Assembly: GCA_002189035.1 (NCBI GenBank)
Contig: CM007991.1
Span: forward strand, 1,488,001 to 1,552,000
Source of the DNA: Utricularia gibba
Lineage: Eukaryota > Plantae > Magnoliophyta
DNA length: 64,000 bases
Reading direction: 5' to 3'
Under the pieces are notes generated by a model, which was given only the letters and a program-made list of their open reading frames with translations, did not search any database and was not told the DNA's origin. Each line of letters starts with the position of its first letter. The first letter of the stretch is position 1. Below, in pieces: positions 52,901 to 64,000 of the stretch. Made by a program: the position numbers and the translations under genes.

Positions 52901-54316
52901 GGACTTGCAGCAGTTACAGTCGGTGGTAGAAGATTCTGCCGCAGATTCTTCTGGTTCTAAAACTGGAGTTGAAAAAGTTGCAGTACAGGAAGATGAATCT
53001 AAAGCTTCTCTAGCCCTAGACAATCCGGTTTGTGGACGATCTAGGTTTTTTTCTGTTTCTTTTATTCAGAAGTTTTCTTTCGTGTTTACTTATTCAAATT
53101 CATTCAAATTGGTAGTTCTTGCCATCTTCATTTTATCAGGAACTTGTCTTTCGTCTAAAAAATACATTCAAAAAGCTAATGTGCAATTATCATAAGATCA
53201 CTGTGAATTTGATCAGGCTGGTTCATTTTCTTTTGAAGTTTATTTTTATCCCTTTTCCCATATTATTCTACCGTGAGTTTTAAAAAACATGGCCATTGTG
53301 ATATTCATCTGTTACATGCAGTCTGCAGTTACGACTGCCCCACTTGCCGAGCACCCCCAAATTATCAGACCAGCCGACCTGTCTCCGGGTCTGCCTTTGC
53401 AATCAGTTTCAACTTCTGGAAATCATGGCATTATTGGTCGACGAAGTGCATCTGACCTCGGGACTATTGGAGATAACTTTGGTGTTTCAACAAATTCTAG
53501 TGCAACGCATGATATGCACTACAATTTGCAGATGCTCGAGGCTGCGTATAATAAGCTCCCACAACCCAAGGATTCTGAACGTTTGAATACATATGTACCG
53601 GTACGAGCCAACCTTATCAAAGATGTAGTTCTCCATTTTTCATTGATTATGCACATTAATGGTGATATTTGACTGTCTGCAGAAACGACCAGCTGCTACC
53701 CCTTCTCACTATCCTCAATCACAAGCGCCAATTATCTACAACCCCACCCTGTGGGAACGCCTTGGGGCAGAAAGTTGCACCGACAGCTTATTTTTTGCCT
53801 TCTACTATCAACAGGTGAAGCAAAAGTCTTTGCCTTGTTGCTCTTCCGTCGTTGTGATCATTTGTCGTTTTGTTCTGATTTTGGCTGCCACCCACAGAAC
53901 ACGTATCAGCAGTACTTGGCTGCCAAGGAATTGAAAAAGCAATCTTGGAGATACCATCGTAAATTTAACACATGGTTCCAGCGGCATGAGGAGCCAAAAG
54001 TGACAACCGATGACTTTGAACAGGGGGCGTACGTCTACTTCGACTTTCACATTTCTAATGACGAACAGCATGGGTGGTAAGCATATTTTTGTTCTGTCCT
54101 TTGGAGTGAGATTTATTTAGTGTTGGCCCGGAGCATCTGCTGCGCGAGTTGCCATGGCTGGGAATCTCATGCACTTTCTTATTCGTTTGAGGTATCTTTT
54201 CTTTTTTTTTTCTCCCTTATTAATGCCTATCCTTGTTGCTTCCACTCAGGTGTCAAAGAATAAAGACCAACTTCACCTTCGAGTACATCCATCTTGAAGA
54301 CGATTTAATCGCATAG
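48959..54316 (+). CDS. NOT3: CCR4-NOT complex subunit NOT3 (Not3 N-terminal domain plus NOT2/3/5 box)
   Basis: Starts [31 protein letters not shown]. Later motifs: [94 protein letters not shown], ending [21 protein letters not shown]. Confidence 0.95.
49939..49967. repeat. (TC)14 microsatellite forming the polypyrimidine tract of a NOT3 intron
   Basis: The TC run lies directly before the acceptor GTAG at 49968-49971. Confidence 0.9.
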
Positions 54317-56087
54317 GGTGAGATCTCTCCCCCCATTGCCCCTTTATCCTTCATCTTGAAGAATGAACACTCACCCCCACCAGTAGAGTTGCTAACAAAT
54401 TAACGCAAAAAAAGAACACAACAGTGAGCCTTTTCTGTTCTTGAGAGGGAGAATGCCCCTCCGACTTTTTTAGTAGTTAACATGAATTGGGGAAGCGAAT
54501 GCAGGCCATTTGAGTAATGCATGTGCTCTGCAAGGCAGTTTTCATTGCTGCGGGCAGTCATGTCACTGGGAAGAAGAAATCGAAGTACTGCTTGGGAGTA
54601 TTCTCTCAAAAAATAAATCAGTCAGAAAATATGAGAGACTTGGAATTTTATTCGATAAACCAACAATTTAAAAATACTTTTAGAATAACAAACCCATACA
54701 GGTTCTATGATCACTTCTGTTTTTTTTATCTGTTTCAGTGTCCCATGAATGTTCGTGGAAAATTAACACAGAAACTAAACTAGTGGAGGTACCGCAGAGC
54801 TCCGTCCACTGGGCATTACCACCACCACCACATCATTGCTGCAGCGGCACGCAACCCCTCCGCGGCTTCCCTGTCGCCCCAAAGCTCGCTCCTGCTATGC
54901 ATTATTTACCCAGAGAAGACAGCAAAGCATGAAGATGAAAATACACCAAAGAACACACATATATGAGGCAAGCCTGAGCAAGGTAAATCAAATATCAACA
55001 GCAGTTTCACATGTAAATGGAAATCGAAGGACGATGCATCTTCAATTTTCCCGCTGCAAAAAATACTCCGTATTAGGTTGCCTGGGTTTTTATCCAGCAC
55101 CGTGTTTTATAAGAACTAAGAGTAAGGAGGAAATGGCCACATGGAGAAGATAACTGGCACCCAAGTGAATCCATGGAACAAAAAACAGGCAACCCCAAAA
55201 TAATCGCGCATCAAAATCGAAAAAAAAAATGTATGCTTTTTTGAAAAGGGAATAGCTCGCCAAGCCCTCATCGAGAATACTCCGGCGGCGAGCAGTCGTC
55301 ATCGCAGTAGAAGCAGCTTTGGCTGATTGGGAGAAACAAAGCAATCCAGTGACGAGCCTCCATCGTCAAAATGGCTGCATCGTCGAACCGTCGCCGTCTC
55401 CCAGAACCCGCCGCCGCCGCAACCCGCTCGGATAAGATCAAGTAGGTAATTTCGATGGATGGTCGCAGCATAAATAAACCTAATTTGTATGTAATACCAT
55501 AAACACCCCGACATTTTCCGCCCGGAGATGACTAAAAAAGGGCATAGCTGCGAAATCGCAGAATTTATTATTATTATTATTAAAAAGACCCGCTGCTCTT
55601 CCGCACATGTCAATTTTCCTTTTTCTGGTTGCTGAGTAAGCCTTCTTCCTGTATTCTCCTATGCTCTTCCGTGATCTGTTTTGGGGGTAATTTCAGTGGT
55701 TGCGATAATACTGTGATCATTTAAGGAGATTTGGGAAGCCTGTATTACTCGCTGTTTCAAGTTTCAACTGCATGCTTTTGGCGCTAGCTACATTGTCAAC
55801 ATTCTTATTTACTTTTCTGGTCCTTTGGGTGTTGCATTCTGCAGTTGAAGTAATTAGGATGGTGCGGTACTTTTGCGGACTTTTCGGGAAGGCGACTATG
55901 TTTCTTCTGATGCTTGATTAAAACTAGGATTCTGTTTGGAGAAAGGTATGAAGACGATCTTTTGAAAGTTTTGTTGCTGGGATTGGAGATAAGTTTTCTT
56001 TGGGCTACTTTTCGTATATCATTGTTGGATTCCTTTTAAATCACTTTACTACGGAATGGTGCTATTCGGGTTTCCGTGTAACTGATA

Positions 56088-56963
56088 ATGGTAGAGCCTT
56101 AGAAATTCATTCACGTTCGTAATGTGGGTCATGAAATTTCTGAGGTATGCGACTTTTAATTTTTGAAAACGTTTCTGAGTTTGGTAAGCAGCAGTTCTTC
56201 AATAAAATAACTCGTCTTTAGTAGTTCTATCAGCTCACTGACACATTTACATCTCAAATGGATGGCAAGGAACTATTGAAATTAGGTCATACGAGGGTGC
56301 TGTTGAGTGTCATAGGCTGCATATATGTACACAACTGATGATGACGGTTATCTTCTGCTGTCAGTTACCTTTTTTCTTTGTAATGCTTCTCTCTCAAAAA
56401 ATTATACGGGGGTGAATTTATACTGTTGAATTAGCAAGCCTTGATATGTGAGCAGGCTATGATTTGGTCCGTGGTTCTCTTGCAGAGTGCTTTTCCATCG
56501 TCTTGCTGTTTAGTTCTTACCGGTACCCTGATGAGAGCTGCTTTTCTCAGAATGACTTGCTCCAGCTGTTCCAACCATTCGGAGATGTTGCTAAGCTTCT
56601 GATGCTTAGAGCGAAGAATCAAATCTGTCTCTATAGAAACCTCTCCAGGGACTATTGTTTTCCAGAACTAAGCAGCTTCTCACTGCACTACACAGATAAA
56701 ACATTTTAGGCCCTCTCCAAATGTAAGATATCTCTTCAGCAGTGAATACACTGCAGTTTTATGCTCATCTGCGGCCGAGTGTAAGGTACTACATGTAATA
56801 CTTTTTATTGCACTTTAACTCTCACATTGACCATTCTAATGTTTTGTGATGATCTGTATTCTTATTGTACTGTCTCTGTTCAGAGGCAGGAGCGTATATA
56901 TAATTTTCTTCCCACCAAGAGTTAACAATAATGGCTCATAACACACAAGCACGAGGAACAGAG
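56088..56963 (+). pseudogene. PTB3: Polypyrimidine tract-binding protein 3 (PTB3/RBP50-like) pseudogene, RRM1 exons only
   Basis: Four exon remnants: MVEP*KFIHVRNVGHEISE / NDLLQLFQPFGDVAKLLMLRAKNQ (donor lost) / AL(fs)LQM*DISSAVNTLQFYAHLRPSVR / GRSVYI(fs)FSSHQELTIMAHNTQARGTE. No downstream RRM exons were recognised. Confidence 0.88.
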
Positions 56964-58100
56964 GTGAACATTATACACCTTATTGAAGCTTTCTTGACAA
57001 TGTCAGAAATGATTTCTTGCATGCTTGCGTGTGAAGCTGATCTTGATGCTGTTGATGGTTTCTGAAAATGGTAATTCTCTGGTATGGTTATCCTTTCATA
57101 GAGTAGTACCATAAGACTCCACCTGGTTATGTTGATGTTCGTTACATGTTTTGGGGTTTGCAGAGGGTCATGTCAAAATAGTCATGAGTTACTCTCTGCT
57201 TCATCCTAATCGTGTATTCGAAGAGCTACCCCAAACATTTGTGTATCAGTTTTTCATTTTTTTAATGATGAACAATACGTTTTGCTTTTGCAGAAATTCA
57301 TTAAAAAAAATGTTTCAACAAAGAAGAATATTCTGCTTTTCATGTAAATCTTTTTGGAAGAACATATTTGGGTTCCACTTCTCCTTTTTTGAGAATAAAG
57401 TGATAGAAAATAGGTTGTCGGAAAATGCATTTTTAAAAATGATTTATTAATTTCAAATGGAGCCTTCGTTGTCTGTATATTCTTAGTTTATCTTTTGGAG
57501 GAAATAATGATAAAAATCCGGTGAAATTTCATGGAAATTTGAATTTTGGGACGTCCAAAATCATGAATTTTTGGGGTGGGGAAATATAAGAAACAAATCC
57601 ACGGGGAACAGTTGGGAAGAAACCCAGAGAGGGAAGGAATGGAGATGGGGGGTGGGGTCGTGGGCAGGTGAAGAAATTGATGTGGTGCGTGAGAGAGAAA
57701 ACATCAATGGCAATTGACTGGGCTCGGGCCAGGACAGAGAAAGATTGGAACAGTAGGATATAGGGGGAGGGTAAGAAAATGGGAAGGCGTGGCTCTGACC
57801 TGTAAGAACCATTAACGAGCTTCTATTTCTTGCATCTGGTTCATCGTTCTGTCGCCAGTTTCCTTCTTGGGTGGCTCTGGAATCGCTCCCCACTCTTTTT
57901 TGAGTTTTCTCCAACCAAAACTTGCTTCTCTTTGTCAACATAAACAATCAGACATTTCTTCGTTTTCAGCGGTTACCAGCCCACATTTCTGTCCGCTCCC
58001 CCAGGCCCCCCCACCCACTACTTGTTTACCCGCTATCTCTCGGAACGGAAACATTCTGGTTTGGTCTTGAACTGGAACGGGGACTCGGAAATTTGTGTCG

Positions 58101-59666
58101 ATGTTGCCTCCCATTATGTCAAGATTTCGTATTTTGGTGTGTTTCTTGTTCGTTTTGGAAAGGTGGGTTGTTGTGGGAGGCCTTGGTGTGAATTGGGGGA
58201 CCATGGCGACCCACAGACTGCCTCCCAGAACCGTGGTTCAAATGCTGAGAAACAATGGAATAACCAAGGTGAAGCTGTTCGATGCAGATCCATCCACCAT
58301 GAACGCTTTAGCTGGCACGAATATCGAAGTCATGGTCGCAATCCCCAATGACCAATTAGCTTCCTTGGGGAGCGCTGATCGAGCTAGAACCTGGGTCCGC
58401 CATAGCGTCACTCGATACATATTCAATGGCGGCGTTAACATCAAGTACTTTTCCCTTCCTCTTTACATGTAAAGCTCTATTTCTTTGGTTAATGGAGGGG
58501 CAATCATGAATGACTGTGGTTGTGTTTTGATGTTCTGCGTATTACAGATATGTGGCAGTGGGGAATGAGCCATTCCTCACATCCTACAACGGCTCGTTCT
58601 TGAACACAACCTTCCCAGCTCTTCGGAACATTCAGAATGCTCTGAATAGCGCTGGTTTTGCTGATCAGATTAAAGTAACTGTTCCATTGAATGCCGATGT
58701 TTATGGATCGCCTCCCGACAATCCCGTCCCCTCCGCCGGAAGATTCCGTGCGGATATTCTGTATCAGATGACACAGATTGTTCAGTTACTGAACCAAAAC
58801 AGGGCACCCTTCACGGTAAACATCTATCCTTTCTTAAGTCTCTATGCTAATGAGCACTTCCCTTTTGATTACGCCTTTTTTGATGGGCGGCCGCTCCGGT
58901 AGTCGATAACGGGATACAGTATACCAACGTGTTCGATGCGAATTTCGACACTCTGGTCTCGGCATTGCGAGCTCTGGGATATGGTGACATGGCCATCATT
59001 GTGGGTGAAGTTGGATGGCCAACAGACGGTGATCGGAATGCTAATATAAACAATGCTCTGAGATTCTACAGAGGGCTCTTGCCTAGACTTGCCAGCAACC
59101 GAGGAACCCCTCTTCGCCCTGGTTACATAGAGGTTTACTTGTTTGGTCTCATCGATGAAGACGCGAAAAGCATCCAACCGGGAAGTTTCGAAAGGCACTG
59201 GGGAATCTTCAGGTACGATGGACAACCAAAGTTCCCCATGGATCTCTCCGGCCAACAGGCGGACACATACCTTGTTGGTGCTCAAAACGTAACCTATCTC
59301 CCAAGGAGATGGTGCATGCTGCGACCTGATGCCCGGGACCTAAGCCGACTGGGGCAGAACATCAATTTCGCTTGCACTTTTGCAGACTGCACTCCCCTTG
59401 GCTACGGCTCCTCGTGCAGTGGTCTAGACACCAATGGCAACGCATCCTATGCATTCAACATCTACTTCCAGGCCCAGAATCAGAATGACATGAGCTGCAA
59501 TTTTCAGGGACTGGCAATGGTGACTGATCAGAATATATCTCAGGGAACCTGCAACTTCACCATTCAGATTGCTGCTTCAGATTCCTCCAAGCTGCGAGTG
59601 GTTTCTAACCTGCTTTTCTTTTCATTTGCTTCATTCATCCTGATCCATCATCTTCCTTTGTCATAG
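58101..59666 (+). CDS. Glucan endo-1,3-beta-glucosidase (GH17 + X8/CBM43, C-terminal GPI-type signal); one -1 G-run frameshift near 58885
   Basis: Signal peptide, then [48 protein letters not shown] and LIDEDAKS...ERHWGIF. The Cys-rich X8 domain is followed by a hydrophobic tail. Confidence 0.93.
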
Positions 59667-60059
59667 AGAGACTTGGCTCTGCATTTGTACCTTGTGCTGC
59701 TGCTGCTGGTATGATTCTAATCATCGGCTTGTACTATGTGATCCCAGATGCGCAGATTGTTTATGCATCAGATTACTTTCTTGAATACTTTGCTTGCATC
59801 GTCTTCATCGAGTATGCTGGTGAAGCACGTGGTTTTATTGAATTATAATTTGTAAGAACGTGATTGGGTTTTTGAGGGATGGGCCTCATTAATGGACTGG
59901 GCCCAAGATAAAGAGCAGGCCAGCTGTAGCAACGAGGGCGGTCGTGGCAGTCAGTTGTCTTTGCGTTGCACTTTGCCTCCGGAGGACGTATTGTTGTTGT
60001 TCCAAATTCGACTGCGCTCACGCTTCATTGACTGCGCCACCGCCGCCGGCAGCTCCGCC

Positions 60060-62299
<2,240 letters not shown>

Positions 62300-63095
62300 A
62301 AACTTGTTGGATGAGATTATCACAAGTTTTTGGTTTCCCTATTCAATCCTTGTTTTCTAGTGTGCTTTCGAATGGCTGCAATTGCATTTGGATGTTTCTC
62401 ATATCATTGGAGTGGATATGCTTTGGTCATCAGAGTCTCCTCCTTTTATTAACCACTCTTCTGTCTGTATATGTGCTTTTGTCATTCATAACCCTTCCAG
62501 GTTCTCATTGATTAGTAGACTACGAGTTTATCCATGAAGTGAAAAAGGATCCGGCTTGGTAAGATAGCAAGGTAATGTTGGTGGATACTCCATTCAACGG
62601 GTTCAAGATGATGCTATTTTCTTCCAGCTCAATACCACTCTTTGAAATGGTTGTTATGAGATTAGCAAACACACCAAGTTTGTTAATTTTATGTTTATTT
62701 AGAATTATTTAGTATTTTTTAATCTAGTTATAATGTTAACGTGTATGTGAAATTGATGTTTACTGGACAAAAACATCGTTCGGTTCAACTTTATTGGCCA
62801 ACCATCGTTTAGGAGAGATTTGGAAGGCTGATCCTCCTTTTTACGTTGTTGTCTGTGCAGTTGATGGATGGAACTTGGTGTTTTTGGGCTATCGGGCCCG
62901 CCCCGGCTAATGGCATTGAAGAGGATGGCAGCTTGATCTTTGTTGACAGGTAGCTGAGCGGATGCGTCCAAACCGAACTGCATTTATTTCTCTTCCATCT
63001 TCCCATAAATTCAAAGGCTCGGAACCAAGGAAGAAGACGACCAGTTCAAAGACTCCATTTTCCCTGGTATCTGTATCCGCATATTGATTGATATT

Positions 63096-63668
63096 ATGGC
63101 TCTGGTGGAGGCGCTCATTCTTCTTGCGTTTGTGTCCACGGCCGGTGCGGCCACCACGGACACGGCCTCGCGTCCTTGCGGGATTCTGAGTAATCTATCA
63201 GCTTGCAGCTCTTACATTTATGGGAATCCAAGAAGCACAACTCCACCATCGAGTGATTGCTGCAACACCCTCACCTTCATCCTTCACACGAAGCCGCTTT
63301 GTCTGTGTAAGGTTGTGCAAACCGATAGCTACCTTGTGCAGAACCGAGCTGTGGGTCTTCCTAGATCTTGCAATGTTACCACTCCGCCAGTTTCGCTCTG
63401 CCCACGTAAATTAATCATTCCAAGCATTTATTCTGACATTTCCTTACCCTCCTACTTCAACTTTCTTTCTCAGCTCACACCCAGTTTTTTTTGTTTTGTT
63501 TTTACAGATGAAACATCTTCAGGTAAGCTAATTGCCATCTTAAATCTGGTTACTCCAGAATCATTGTGCCATCTAATTTGCTGAGTTTCTTCAGGGCATG
63601 GAGCCGAGATTGTAGTAGTTTTTCAACTGCTATGTTTCCTTGCAGCGGTTTTCAGAATAGTATTATGA
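63096..63668 (+). CDS. GPI-anchored non-specific lipid transfer protein (LTPG), 3 exons
   Basis: Signal peptide and eight-Cys motif (C..C..CC..CLC..C..C) in exon 1 (63096-63405). A 15-nt exon at 63508-63522 follows. Exon 3 (63595-63668) encodes the hydrophobic tail GHGAEIVVVFQLLCFLAAVFRIVL*. Confidence 0.85.
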
Positions 63669-64000
63669 ACGATTGAAGAGTAAATCAACAGAAGCAAAAA
63701 GCTTCTGATTTGATGCGCGATCTCTTACTTGAGGATTGGACTGATTTTTGGTGCCATTGTGATAATGGGAAGCGATACAGAAATGGGAATTTAATTCCAC
63801 ATGCCAAATAAATATCCCTTGTGATGATAGGACTGACAGCTCTCATCTACTACCTTCCCCTCACCTACTTGTGTGGTTTCTGTGTTTTCTTTTTCTTTTT
63901 CTGTGAAACATTTACAACTCCAGACAGGCAAATTTCATTGGCGTTGGGTTCTGCTGGACAGCCTTGGCTCTGCCTCTGCATTTAGTGTGAGTTAGGTAAG

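Noticed and set aside
54738-55613. GC-rich patches with short ORFs between NOT3 and the PTB3 pseudogene
   Set aside because: I could not build a consistent spliced model. Part is probably the former PTB3 5' UTR.
62705-63050. Coding-like patch between TUA and LTPG
   Set aside because: All frames are short and interrupted, and no motif was recognised.

Overview
This is plant (eudicot) nuclear DNA, unusually gene-dense: about 19 genes or gene remnants in 64 kb, mostly short introns, and no recognisable intact transposon. A compact genome such as Lentibulariaceae would fit, but that is inference. Gene order: 3' part of a TRM/DUF4378 gene (+), short 3R-MYB (-), At4g00755-type F-box (+), phospholipase D beta/gamma (-), ATL RING-H2 (+), plastid KsgA/PFC1 (-), SOC1/TM3-like MADS (+), carboxylesterase (-), CLB1-type synaptotagmin (-), OCP3 (-), two tandem BAHD malonyltransferase-clade genes (+), armadillo-repeat kinesin (+), clade-A AHL (-), an unassigned degenerate coding-like segment (-), NOT3 (+), a PTB3-like pseudogene (+), GH17-X8 glucanase (+), alpha-tubulin (+) and a GPI-anchored nsLTP (+). 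Many genes carry single-base deletions in homopolymer runs, which most likely reflects long-read consensus error, so those frameshifts should not be read as gene loss. The most notable observations are: (1) an AHL with an intron and a GRFEIL->GRAEIL change in its conserved PPC motif; (2) a PTB3-like pseudogene with several independent lesions; (3) a young BAHD tandem duplication with a templated-deletion scar and a copied kinesin upstream region; (4) a 3R-MYB with a remodelled R1 repeat; (5) a 15-nt micro-exon in the LTPG. I found no clearly new multi-gene system. All gene models were assembled by eye, and names come from recognised motifs rather than database searches.
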